This document shows positions 36,541 through 48,772 of a DNA stretch of 64,000 bases, one piece after another. Position numbers and translations under genes: made by a program. Source of the DNA: Chiloscyllium plagiosum. Lineage: Eukaryota. The notes below the pieces were generated by a model. It saw nothing but the letters and a program-made list of their open reading frames with translations, was not told the origin of the DNA and did no database searches. The stretch lies in NCBI RefSeq assembly GCF_004010195.1, contig NC_057752.1, forward strand, positions 3,155,487 through 3,219,486, written 5' to 3'. Numbering within the stretch: position 1 is the stretch's first letter; each line of letters opens with the position of its first letter.

Positions 36541-37074
36541 AGCTCTGCTTTTGTTGAACAATCCGGCACTGTGCCCAGCAAGCTGATGTACTGGACGCAC
36601 TCCATCTTGGGTTGATGAACCTAATTCACACAAAGGATCCTGATTTACTTTGAAGGCAGGGTTTGTGCTGCACTCTGGCAACCTTTAATTTCTCTCATTG
36701 GTGTTAGGCTGGGGCTTTCATGGCTCAGTACCGAGCAAGGGTCAGGATCAGCAAAGCCAAACATAGGTACGTGCAGCTCAAAGACACGTTAAGTCTCAGC
36801 CTAACCCCTTGCTGACACTCAACCCCTGGCAATCAAACTCTTTAGTGCACTGGATAGGAACCGGAAGAACAGTTCTGTAACAAAGTGACAGTTTAACATC
36901 AGACCAGCTGGACTTGGCAATGCAGTGGAAAGAACTAACTTCCACACAAAAGGGTGTCCACAGGGCAAAGTCCTGCTGGAACCCAAAACAAGACATGCCC
37001 CTTGATGCCTGAGTGAGTACCACTTTTGCCTCTGAACCACAAAGTTTTAGGTCCAGGGACACGAGCGCAACAAT

Positions 37075-37535
37075 CAAATCTAAAACGAAGATCTGCTGAT
37101 GCTGGAGATCTGGAACAGAAACAGAAATTGCTGGTGAAACTCGACAGGTCTGGCAGCATCTGTGGAGAGGAAACAGAGTTAGCGTTTCGAGTCCGGTTCC
37201 CCTCCATCAAAACAACATGGAAACCAAGCGGATGCCTCTGGTGCATGCCTGTGGCCTTGCCATTTGGATTGGCAACTCTTGGTGGACTCTATCCTAGGAG
37301 GTTTCATCATGTAACTTCCCACCTCGAATCTCATTGGATGCCTGGGTCATCACCCCTCTCAGAGCAATCACCAATAGTGGCGGCTAAAATTTCCCACAAT
37401 TCCCTGTGCTCACGAACCTGCTCCATCTGTTCTGAAAAAGAGTCATATCAGACGCGAATCATTAACTCTGCTGCTCTCTCCACGGATGCTGCTAAACCTG
37501 CTGTGTTTCACCAGCAAGTCGTTTTGTTTGTTCTA
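37075..37535. mobile_element. Inverted family-C-like PLE arms enclosing ~230 bp of unrelated sequence
   Basis: Left caggtctggcagcatctgtggagag...gagttagcgtttcgagtc versus right ttaactctgctgctctctccacggatgctgctaaacctg. Confidence 0.6.
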
Positions 37536-37699
37536 TAAACTGGGTGGGGTTAGCAGTTTGATACACCAGAGTGTATTGTGAATCAGATGGTGTGATCTTT
37601 CTCTTCGATGACTTGCAGCAGTGTCTGAAAATTCAATTGATTCCAGGAATGGTTGCACTCTCTGGGTTCTCAATTTGATTTCATGGCAATGTTTTTTCA

Positions 37700-38110
37700 T
37701 GTACAGTTAAGGGGATGTGAGCATCACTGGCTTGGCCAGGATTTTAAAAAAGAATCATGCAGAGGCCTATTCTGATGATTTTCAAAATTCACTCGCAGGA
37801 CGTGAATTGGCTGGGTTGGCATTTATTGACAAATCGTTTCAAACACCCGATTTATTGACCATCCCTAGTTGCCTTTGACCAGGTGGTGGTGAGCTGAGTG
37901 GCTTGCCAAGCCATTTCAGAGGGCAGTTGAGCATCAACGTGTAGGTCTGGAGTCACAAGTAGGCCAGACCGGGTAAGGATTTCCAGATTTCCTTCCCTGA
38001 AGGACATCAGTGAGGTAGATGGATTTTCTGACAACTGACAACAGTTTCATGGACCCCATTATGCTCTTAATTCTGGATAGACATTGGATTCCATGGTAAA
38101 ATTCAGACCA
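37700..38110 (-). mobile_element. MetaSINE-like SINE remnant
   Basis: ggtctggagtcacaagtaggccagaccgggtaagga...ccttccctgaaggaca matches the copy at 2755-3085. Confidence 0.7.
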
Positions 38111-38178
38111 ATGGTGATTCTCCAGATCAGAGGAGATTTCCAAGAATGTTGCCAGAACCTGAGGAAAAATAGCGTAGG

Positions 38179-38885
38179 TGCAATGACACTGTGGCTTTGA
38201 GAGGTTATTTTGACCTGGGTGTTTTTTGAGGACAGATTTTAAGGCAGAGGTGCTAAGCAATCTATGAGAACTTGTGAGGCCTTGGGTTTTTATTTTAAAG
38301 ATGGAACAATAGAAGCAACCTGAAAGGGTGTGGTCACACTCCCACAGAACCCACTGAGTTTCAGTTCAGCCTTCAGCTGGTTCTTTGCGTGTTTGACCAC
38401 ACCCCATTAGGCTGCTTCTATTGTTCCAACTTTTGGGGTCTGAAAGAAGCTGCTGGGGTTGTGAAAAGTTGTCACCTCTCTCTTTACTACAGCTGAAAGC
38501 TGGAGCTCTCTCTCTCTCAGAACTCTCCTTTGATGCTCTTTCCTCCTGGTTTGGAGAACCGCATGTGAGACAATCTGATTTTACTTTATGCCAAAGGGTG
38601 TGCTTATGGGATGCTGCGACATTGGAACAGTTAATCAGTATCAGTTACTGTCTCTATTCTTCTGTTAAGTTTTCCAGTTGAGTTAAGTTTTTCTAATTCC
38701 TTCTTTCTTTCGTTGTATTGTAACTATAGCGGATGAATAAAGTGTGATTTGCTTTAAATCCAGTGGTTTGACCAATCGAATTGCATCTGGAAGGCAACAC
38801 CTTATATTTACCTTTAAAATGAGAAAACGTTTGGGTCTAGACTACTGTCTGAATAGTTTGAGCAAGGTTGGTCTGGTCTGTAACA
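38179..38885 (+). mobile_element. Solo LTR (707 bp)
   Basis: TG...CA termini, perfect 5-bp TSD GTAGG (38174-38178, 38886-38890), internal AATAAA at ~38736; interrupts a CR1 fragment. Confidence 0.8.
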
Positions 38886-38890
38886 GTAGG

Positions 38891-39430
38891 GTTATTTTCA
38901 TTTGATCAGAGGGGGCTGAGGGGTGACAACTTTGGAGAGAAGGAGGAAGGGGGTGACTTGATAGAGGTGTACCTTAATGAGAGGCATAGATAGAGCAGAC
39001 AGCCAGAGACATCTCCCCAGTGCAGAAATGGTTGTCATGAGGGGTCATAATTTTAAGGTGATTGGAGGAGGGTAAAGGGGAGATATCAGAGGTAGGTTCT
39101 TTACACAGAGAGTGGTGGGTGTGTGGAATGCACTGCCAGCAGTGGTAGTAGAGTCAGAGACATTAGGGACATTTAAGTGACTGCTGGACAAGTATATGGA
39201 CGGCAGTAAATTGAGGGGTGTGTAGGTTAGGTTGATCTTAGATTAAGATTAATGATCAGCCCAACATCGTGAGCCAAAGGGCCTTTACTGTTCTATTAAC
39301 TGAGGTGTACAAAGTATGAAGGGGTTTTGATGGAGTGGAGTGCGTTCCCCGAGTGGAGAGATCAGTTAGTGAGGAGCACGGATTCAGGAGGATTAGAGGG
39401 GACCTGAGGAATTCAGTGGCCATTTCAGCG
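38891..39430 (+). mobile_element. CR1 3' fragments
   Basis: gaggggtgac...ttacacagagagtggtgggtgtgtggaatgcactgccagc; tail gggcctttactgttcta. Confidence 0.8.
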
Positions 39431-39507
39431 ATTGAGATACAAACCCTCAACTCATTGAAAAGGAATCTTCCTTTGAAGCACTGGAACCTGCAGGACTAGG
39501 TTAGCTT

Positions 39508-39820
39508 CCCTACAGTGTGGAAACAGGCCATTTGGCCCAACAAGTCCACACTGACCCTCCAAAGAGTAACCCACCCAGACCCATTTCCCTAGCCTATACT
39601 TACCCCTGACTCATGCACCGAACATTATGGGACAATTTAGCATGGCCAATCTACCCTACCCTGCACATCTTTGGACGGTGGGAGGGAACCAGAGCACCCG
39701 GAGGAAACCCACACAGACACAGAGAGAGTGTGCAACCCCACACAGACAGTTACCCGAGGCTGGAATCGAACCTGGGGTCGTGAGGCAGCAGTGCTAACCA
39801 CTGAGCCACCATGCCACCCT
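39508..39820 (-). mobile_element. HE1 V-SINE, full length
   Basis: Tail, V-domain and head on minus. Confidence 0.92.
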
Positions 39821-40844
39821 AAAGTAGAACAGACAGTCTGTGTATTCTGCCAGTGCAGGGATGGTGGGCTGAATGGCCTCTTCCCATGCTGCAACTGCGC
39901 TATGGTAACGCAGTTCCCATCCGAGAGAGAGGTCGCGCTTGTTCAAAAAGCTGCCTTCAGTCTGAATGAGCTTTTATTGTGCCCATGGGCATTGCTTTTA
40001 AAATGTCAACATCCACATCAATAGCAGCCTAGCATTCAAGAAATTTGTTCCTTAACTCGACCCGGACAGAAGTCAGAAATAGGATGAACTTTATGCTGTA
40101 ACAGGAAGCATTTTGATGTCAAGTAACGCGTGGAGGTAATGAGACGAAACCCACTGATCCCCAATAATTTCCCTGAAATTTCAGCGCAGGAAGTTTCAAA
40201 CGAAATCACGCCTGCATAGCTGCAACGTTTAGGAAGTGTAAGACAAGAGGCACATTATGAACAGGCTCAATGATCCCTTACAGAGACAGAGTCGTCATGT
40301 CCAGGTTTCAAGGAGGACTGATCGCCATGATTACTATCCTGCACAACACTAGCACCATGCAGCCCAAAGTTCCACAATCTCTGACTGCGGCATCAGTTTT
40401 CCATTTCGGAGAACTACCTTACTCAACAAAAGGCTTTACAAAGAACGGGAAATCCCATTAGATTCTCACAGGCCCGACGCACCAGGCTGGAATCTCGGGA
40501 CAAAGATTCCCAGGGCCTGGATGCTGGCTGCGAGATGAGCTGCTGGACTCAGCTTTCACACGCCCAGGTTATTGGGGACACGAGATCAGAGGGAGCGGAA
40601 CTGAAATCCAACTAATTAAATTGAAAAGGAAATCCAGGATTGAATGCTAGGCTTCATAGTGAGACCAGCATCAATCCGATTCAGTAATGTCACTTACAAG
40701 AAGCAATCTACACGTGGCCGGAAGACCATGGCATTGCGATGGACGTTTAACACATAGGAGCTAAAGTAGGTCAGTTTAGCCCATCCCGTCTACTCTGTAA
40801 CCACCCTCTGAATAGGCCCAGTGTGCCATTCAGTTCAAGGGCAA

Positions 40845-41587
40845 AAAGTGTGGTGCTGGAAAAGCACAGCATCCAAGGAGCAGGAGAGTCGATGTTTCAG
40901 GCATGAGCTCCTCATCAGGAACATGGAGGAGGCCCAAGGGGGCTGCGAGATAAATGGGGGGAAGGTGGGGTTGGAGGGAAGGTGATAGGGGGAGGGTGAT
41001 GGTGATAGGTCAGAGAGGAGGGTGGAGTAGATAGGTGGGAAGGAAGATGGACAGGTAGGACAGTTCAAGAGGGTGGTGCTGAGTTGGAGGGTTGGAGCTG
41101 GGATGAGTTGGGGCGGGTGGGGAGATGAGGAAACTGGTGAAATCCTTATTGATCTCGTGCGGTTGGATGGTCCCAAGGCGGAAGATGAGGCTCCAAATCC
41201 TCGAGTCATCGGGTGGATTTGGCAGTGGAGGAGGCCCAGGACCTGCATGTCATTAGGCCTCTGGGAGGGGGAGTTGAAGTGGTCGGGCACAGGGCGGTAG
41301 GGTTGTTTGGTGCGGGTGTCCCAGAGATGTTCACTGAAACGTTCCGCAAGTTGGCGTCCTGTCTCCCCGATGTAGAGGAGACCACATCAAGAGCAACAGA
41401 CACAGTAGATGACTTGTGTGGAGGTGCAGGCAAGTCTCTGAAATCCTCACCCGCATTCCTGACGAAGGGCTTGTGCGTGAAACATTGACTCTCCTGCTCC
41501 TCGGATGCTGCCTGACCTGCTGTGCTTTTCTAGCACCCCACTTTTTGACTCTGATCTCCAGCAACTGCAGTCCTCACTTTATCCCAG
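40845..41587 (-). mobile_element. 5'-truncated Penelope-like retroelement: GIY-YIG endonuclease remnant between inverted pseudo-LTRs
   Basis: Minus translation ~41440-41220: CTSTQVIYCVCCS*CGLLYIGETGRQLAERFSEHLWDTRTKQPYRPVPDHFNSPS. Pseudo-LTRs at 40845-40922 (-) and 41455-41587 (+); 15-bp TSD tcagttcaagggcaa (40830-40844, 41588-41602). Confidence 0.92.
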
Positions 41588-42279
41588 TCAGTTCAAGGGC
41601 AAGTGAGTGATGATCAACAAATCCTGGCCTTGCCAACAGTGTCTGTATCCCTCAAAAGAACAATTTGAAAAGAGTCAGGAGGCTTTGAAGTGACCAAGTC
41701 AACAGAACCACTGTCATGTGAACTAATGTCCGACTGATCGATGCAGAGGAAATAGAGACCAAGGATATAAAAGGAGGCCCTCTCTTTTCACCAGCAGCCG
41801 TGTTACAGATTATTAGAACCATAATCAAGCATTATCCAACCAGGGCCAGTGCAACAGTAACAAATATAGGGGGAGGGCAGGGGACTGAATGAAAATGGAG
41901 TCGGAGAGATTTGCACTCCAACCCCTGTGGTGTCCACCTCTCTCGAAAGTCAGACCCTCTCCGCTAAACACCGCACCCCCCCACCAACAGAAATACCTGC
42001 TGTTCCACCAACCCAGTTGGTCAAACTGATCCAACGCTCGGCAACGCTTGCTGGTTCGAAAATGATAGCAATCTTTAGCCCGCACTCCTGCCTCCTCCTC
42101 CCCCCTCAGCCCAATAAAAACTACCATCACTACTGCTGCCATCTTCCCCGATTGGAGAGCAAACGAGACTTGCAGACACTCAGTTGGATTAATCTTGACT
42201 TTTCGAGTGTTCCGATCCCCCCACCCCCGCCAGCTCCATTCATTTTATCATGAATAATCGCAAGTAGGTTTTGCTCCTT

Positions 42280-43870
42280 GGGATGGCACGTTGGCTCACA
42301 GTGCCAGGGAGCCAGGCTTGATTCCACACTTGGGTGACTGTCCCTCTGTGTGGAGTTTGCACGTGTCTGCTTGGGTTTCCTCCTGATGCTCTGGCTTCCG
42401 CCTGCAGTCCAAAGATGTGCAGGTTAGGGTGGATGGCCATGCTAAATTGTCCCATAGTGCCCAGGGATGTACAGGTTAGGGTGGATTGGCCATGTTAAAT
42501 TGTCCCGTAGTGCCCAGGGATGTACAGGTTAGGGTCGATTGGCCATGCTAAATTGTCCCATAGTGCCCAGGGATGTGCAGGTTAGGGTGGATTGGCCATG
42601 CTAAATTGTCCCATAGTGCCCAGGGATGTGCAGGTTAGGGTGGATTGGCCATGCTAAATTGTCCCATAGTGCCCAGGGATGTGCAGGTTAGGGTGGATTG
42701 GCCATGCTAAATTGTCCCATAGTGCCCAGGGATGTGCAGGTTAGGGTGGATTGGCCATGCTAAATTGTCCCATAGTGCCCAGGGATGTGCAGGTTAGGGT
42801 GGATTGGCCATGCTAAATTGTCCCATAGTGCCCAGGGATGTGCAGGTTAGGGTGGATTGGCCATGCTAAATTGTCCCGTAGTGCCCAGCGATGTGCAGGT
42901 TAGGGTGGNNNNNNNNNNNNNNNNNNNNNNNNNNNNNNNNNNNNNNNNNNNNNNNNNNNNNNNNNNNNNNNNNNNNNNNNNNNNNNNNNNNNNNNNNNNN
43001 NNNNNNNNNNNNNNNNNNNNNNNNNNNNNNNNNNNNNNNNNNNNNNNNNNNNNNNNNNNNNNNNNNNNNNNNNNNNNNNNNNNNNNNNNNNNNNNNNNNN
43101 NNNNNNNNNNNNNNNNNNNNNNNNNNNNNNNNNNNNNNNNNNNNNNNNNNNNNNNNNNNNNNNNNNNNNNNNNNNNNNNNNNNNNNNNNNNNNNNNNNNN
43201 NNNNNNNNNNNNNNNNNNNNNNNNNNNNNNNNNNNNNNNNNNNNNNNNNNNNNNNNNNNNNNNNNNNNNNNNNNNNNNNNNNNNNNNNNNNNNNNNNNNN
43301 NNNNGAAGTGGTGGAGGCTGGTACAATTGCAACATTTAAGAGGCATTTGGATGGGTATATGAATAGGAAGGGTTTGGAGGGATATGGGCTGGGTGCTGGC
43401 AGGTGGGACTAGATTGGGTTAGGATATCTGGTCGGCATAGACGGGTTGGACTGAAGGGTCTGTTTCCATGCTGTACACCTCTACGACTCTGTGACTCTAT
43501 GAGTGTTCAGGGATGTGGAGGTTAGCGTGGATTGGCCATGCTAAATTGTCCCGTAGTGTCCAGAGATGTGCAGGTTAGGGTAGATTGGCCATGCTAAATT
43601 GCCCCGTAGTGTCCAAGGATGGGCAGGCTGGGGTAGATTGGCCATGCTAAATTGTCCCATAGTGTCCAGGGATGTGCAGGTTAGGGTGGATTGGCCACGC
43701 TAAATTACCTCATAGCATCCAGGGATGTGCAAGTTAAGGGGGATTGGCCGTAGTGCCCAGGGACGTGTTGGCTAGGTGGGTCAACCATGGGAAATGCAGA
43801 GGGGTAGTGGCGGGTGTGGGTGGGATGCTCTTCGGGGGGTTGCGACGGGGCCAAATGGCTTGCTTCCACT
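42280..43870 (+). repeat. HE1 V-SINE with a homogeneous 53-bp array spanning a gap and an inserted HER1 3' end (43305-43500)
   Basis: SINE head at 42280, ~9 near-identical units to 42908, more units at 43503-43760, SINE tail to 43870. Confidence 0.9.
42909..43304. other. Assembly gap (396 N)
   Basis: N run. Confidence 1.
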
Positions 43871-44577
43871 CTTCGATCTTTAACTGAGAGCCCTGGAAGG
43901 GCGAGGATAATCCTGGAAGAGTAACGCCCAAAGGTGGGCCCCGTTCTCCTGCTATCTCTCACAGCCCTCCGACACAAGCACGCCAAAGCAAGCCTGATAA
44001 CAAAAATTGCAATCAGGTCTGGGTTCAATCACCAGTTTACTGAAAGCCTCCTTTGCAAATTCCTTATTAACAGGATTTCTCCAGCTGTCCAAATAAATAA
44101 TGATTCACATCTGATTGCTCACAGCAGAAGATTTGTTCAGCCAGAAAATTAAATCGGATGTTTTGGCTTCTCTGATAGTCGAGGAGTTCCTACCAGCGTT
44201 TAGTGTGCAAATTCATTCCTTCCCAAATTTTAAGATCCACTGGATGATCGATGGATGCAGCCACACAAGTTAACACGTCCGTGACTTTCGGGATCGGGGA
44301 GTCGGCAAGTTATAAAGAGAAATAATTAAAAAATAAAAGTGTCGCCTCCTCAATGCACTGCAAAACAAGGTCGACCATCACTGCCGTGAAAATACCTTTT
44401 TGGCCTCAAACACCATGCTTGCACAATGTTCTCGACAGGCCTCCAGCAGAAACCTGGAAATATTATTCAGGTTGGTGAGGATATAAACAGCGAGTAGGAT
44501 AGACACAAGCTTTCATTCACTCACAGGCTAGGCCAGCATTTATTGCCCATCACTAACTATCCAGAGGAGAGTTAAGT

Positions 44578-45055
44578 GTCATAGAGTCACAGAGATGTAC
44601 AGCACGGAAACAGACCCTTCGGTCCAACCCGTCCACGCCGACCCAACCCGTCCACGCCGACCAGATATCCCAACCCAATCTAGTCTCACCTGCCAGCACC
44701 CGGCCCAAACCCTCCAAACCCTTCCTATTCATATACACATCCAAATGCCTCTTAAATGTTGCAATTGTACCAGCCTCCATCGCTTCCTCTGGCAGCTCAT
44801 TCCATACACGTACCACCCTCTGTATGAAAACGTTTCCCCTTAGGTCTCTTTTATATATTTCTCCTCTCACCCTAAACCTATGCCCTCTAGTTCTGGACTC
44901 TCCGACCCCAGGGAAAAGACTTTGCCTATTTACCCTTTCCATGCCCCTCATAATTTTGTAAACCTCTATAAGGTCACCCCTCAGCCTCCGATGCTCTAGG
45001 GAAAACAGCCCCAGCCTGTTCAGCCTCTCCCTATAGCTCAAATCCTCCAACCCTG
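44578..45055 (-). mobile_element. CR1/HER1 3' end nested in a MetaSINE-like SINE
   Basis: Minus ORF GLEDLSYRERLNRLGLFSLEHRRLRGDLIEVYKIM; 19-bp tandem duplication at 44624/44643. Confidence 0.92.
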
Positions 45056-45149
45056 CTGTGGATCTGGAGTCACATCTAGGCCAGACTATGTAAGGATGAC
45101 AGTTTCCTTCCATTTGTGAACCCAATGGGCTTTTCCTAACAATCAACAA

Positions 45150-45548
45150 GAGTGCATTAGTCAGGAATAAATGTTGAGTAATGGGGGAGGGGAATGGCTC
45201 TGGGTGGGTTACTCTTCGAAGGGTCGGTGTGAACTCGCTAGGGGTGGTATGATGGCTCAGTGGTTAGCACTGCTGCCTTACTGCACCAGGGACCCAAGTT
45301 TGATTTCACCCTCGGGTGACTGTGTGGAGTTTGCACATTCTCCCTGTGTCTGTGTGGGTTTCCTCCGGGTGCTCCGGTTTCCTCCCACAGTCCAAAGATG
45401 TGCAGGTCAGGTGGATTGGTCATGCTAAATTGCCCGTAGTGTTAGGTGCATTATTCAGAAAGGGGTGGGTTACTCTTCGGAGGGTCAGTGTGGACTTGTT
45501 GGGCCGAAGGGCCTGTTTCCACACTGTAGGGAATCTAATCTAACCTAA
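45150..45548 (+). mobile_element. HE1 3' fragment plus full-length HE1 (45241-45548)
   Basis: A/B boxes, V-domain, tail gaatctaatctaa. Confidence 0.9.
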
Positions 45549-47124
45549 CAAGCAATGGATTCACAGTTATCATTCTTAAGTCCAGACTTTTTTTGTTGAA
45601 TTTAAATTCCAACATGGCAGGATTTGAACCTGGGACCCCTAGAACATTACCTGGCTCTTTCAATTAACAGACCAGAAATAATACCATTAGGCCATCACTT
45701 TTCCTTGGGGAGAGGTATGAGGAGAGAGAACTAACAAAGGAGAGGATGAGGGAGGTACGAGAGTGAAAGGCAGAAACATTTTAAAAACACATCACGATTT
45801 TGGGAAGTCGGAACGTGTTTTACACTCAATTGCTTTGGAGTGCTTTGAAGTGGAAAAGGGTTGCAAAATTGGCAGAGAACTCTGAATCAGAAGATCAGCA
45901 GTCATCTAATCAGAAGCTTTCTGCTGGTTTAATCAGCGGCAAGATCAAAACTCCGATGGTTTTGAACTCAGAAGCAAGGTAAGAGCATTTTGTCCCTGCT
46001 CAGAACAGCCTTCATCAGAAGGTTGCACACTGCCCATTTTCTCTGGCGTCGTATTCAGTGTTTGAGGATCGTAGAGTACAATTAGCAGTTAAGATGGACA
46101 TGGCCCCCTGAAATAAACCCACGGGGAAGCTTCTCTCATTGTACAATGCTACCTTTTTTAAAACTGATGGGAGTCTAAAAGTCTCCAGCATGTCGGTACA
46201 GCCCTGTCTCAGGAGTAGGTATTCTGACAGATGGTAAGGTGCTCTCAGCTATCAGATACAACTGAATGAGCAAGTCCACGCAGCCCTACAAGCAAAAGAG
46301 AGAGTTTTCTGACACTCCTGATGGTCAGATGAAATCATTTCCAATCAAAACTGGCACTCAGGATTGCCAACTCTGATTGGATGCCCTGCTGGAGGCTTTA
46401 TCACATGGTGTCCCAATCGCCAACTGTTTTTGGTCAAAGTGAGCCCAGGCCCGGCATTTTTAAACAACAAGGCAACATTCTTTGCCCGCGATCCACAAGA
46501 TTAATCTTCACTTCTTGGAGGTTCCGGGACAATTGCGGAATCACAGAGCACTGAAAGTGACCATTCTGTCCATCACATCTGGGCTGGCTCTTTACTCGAG
46601 TTAACCAATTATCATGGTCTTTTCCCATAATCTTGCAAATTTCTCCTTTCCCCCCCATCAAGTCCTTATCCAGCTGTTATTTGAATATTACTGTAGAATC
46701 TCCATTCGCTGCCCTGTCAGACACCATCTTCCAGACCACAACATGGACCATAAGTACAATCTTTTCTCCTGTCACCTCTGACCCTTCACTTTAAATCTGT
46801 GTCCCTCTCGTCACCAACCTCTACCTTTGGAAGCAGCTTCTATTTGCTGTTAGAAAGTCCTTCAAGATTCTGCTAAATCTCTCCTTCATCCTCCTGCTTT
46901 AACAATCTCCCCTTCTCCTGCTCCCTCCCGCCCCAAGTATCTGAGTTCCCTCCTTGCTGGTACCATCTGGTAAATCCCCTCTGCACCCTCTCTTCCTGTT
47001 CCTTTTCTTGGGGGGGGGGGGGTTCAGGAAGTGACTTCACCACAGGAAATAACATCACCAACACAAAGAAACCCAAACATATAAACCAAAAGCAGGAATT
47101 TTCAGCACTACTTCGCCTGTGTCC

Positions 47125-47205
47125 CACTGAAGATGTTACCTAGTAGGGTAACAAAATGTCTGGAAATGAACCTTGAGGCTCAGCGAGCAAAGCTACATCC
47201 AAAAC
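47125..47205 (+). mobile_element. PLE pseudo-LTR (family E) with a mutated hammerhead motif
   Basis: cca-CTGAAGA-t-gttacc-tagtag-ggtaac-AAAA-tg-TC-tgg: stems I and II pair, but GAAA is changed to AAAA. Confidence 0.65.
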
Positions 47206-47470
47206 CGAGGTAGTGCTCTGGTGACCTGGGTTCAAGCCCCACCGTAGCAGATAGTAGAATTTGAATCCAATGAAAATCTGGAATTACAAGTTGAGCAGCA
47301 ACCATTGGCAATGGTTGGGGGAAACCCCATCTGGTTCACTAATGCCCTTTGGGGATAGCCATCCTTACCTCGTCTGGCCTATGTTTGACTCCAGATTCTC
47401 AGCAATGTGGCTGCTCCCTAATTAGTGATGGGTTAATAATGCTGGCCTCATCTTGTGAATGAATAAAAAA
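47205..47470 (+). mobile_element. MetaSINE-like SINE
   Basis: gggttcaagccc B-box-like motif; catctggttcactaatgcccttt...tctggcctatgtttgactccaga; ends gaatgaataaaaaa. Confidence 0.7.
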
Positions 47471-48002
47471 TGAACATGAAACTCCAGCTGAGATACTTTA
47501 GAAAGGATTATGATGATTCCCTAGCTTTTGTACTCATGCTTCGAATAATACTCCGTACACTGGCTTTGTCCCACAGCCTTTTCAACCTGTTCTACAATCT
47601 CCATTGCTTTGTATGGCCAGGTCCCTTTGGTCCCAGCACTCCTTTCATTGTCTGTGGCTACACCTCATTCTCCCTACACAGGAGTCAAAACAAAACAGCG
47701 ATTCTTTTAAAACTGAATGTCTTGGTTGCATGGGAGCTCCATTGTGAACCTATGGGGCTCTTTCTTACCAGCAGAGAAACAATGGGCAGAAGGACGTTTC
47801 CCTCTGCTGTAGATCTCAATGACTCGACATAAACAAGACATGAGGGTCCAGTACCAGTTTTACTGGTTTCCCCGCTACTCGTTTTACTGGTCTACATCCT
47901 CCTGGTAGTCTACGAGTTCCCCTGAATTGTTTGGAAGAAGGGTGGGTCAGGCGGCAGCCAATGGGATCACTCACTACGGCATGTGCCCTTCAGCTCATTA
48001 TC

Positions 48003-48772
48003 AGAATCCCTACTATGTGGAAGAAGGCCATTAGGCCCATTGAGTCTACATCACCACCCCCCCTCCCGGCATCGGCTTATGAGGAGAGACTGAGTAGACT
48101 GGGATTATATTCACAGGAATTCAGAAGACTGAGGGGAATCTTATAGAAATAGATAAAATTATGAAGGGAATAGACAAGATAGAGGTAGCGAGGATGTTTC
48201 CACTGGTGGGTGAAACGAGGACAAGAGGGCATAGCCTCAAGATTAGGGGGAGCAGGTATCGGACTGAATTGAGAAGGAACTTCTTCCACCCAGAGGGTTG
48301 TTCATCTATGGAATTCCTTGACACTACTTCAGGAAACGTTTTTAAAGCTAAGATAGATTTTGTTTGAACAGTAAAGGAATTAAGGGTTACAATGAGAGTG
48401 CGGGTAAGTGGAGCTGAGTCCAGGAAAGGATCAGCCATGATCTTAGTGAATGGTGGAATGGGCTCAAAGGGTCAGACATCCTACTCCTGTTCCTCATTCT
48501 TATGTTCACATAACAGCATTCCACCCAGACCCATGCCCACATCCTATCCCTGCATTTCTGGCAGCTAACCTAACCTACATGTCCCTGGGCGGTTTAGCAC
48601 AGCCAATCCACCCTCACCTGCATATCTTTGGACTATGGGAGAAAACTGGAGCATATCCACGCAAACACGGGGAGGGTACGCAAACTCCACACACAGACTC
48701 GAGGCTGGAATCGAACCCGGGTCCCCAGCGCTGTGAGACAGCAGTGCTAACCACTGTGCCACCCCCCAATGC
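48003..48772. mobile_element. HE1 SINE (minus) split by a plus-strand CR1 3' end (~48073-48510)
   Basis: SINE tail at 48003-48060, body and head at 48515-48772; CR1 motif MFPLVGETRTRGHSLKIRG. Confidence 0.85.
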
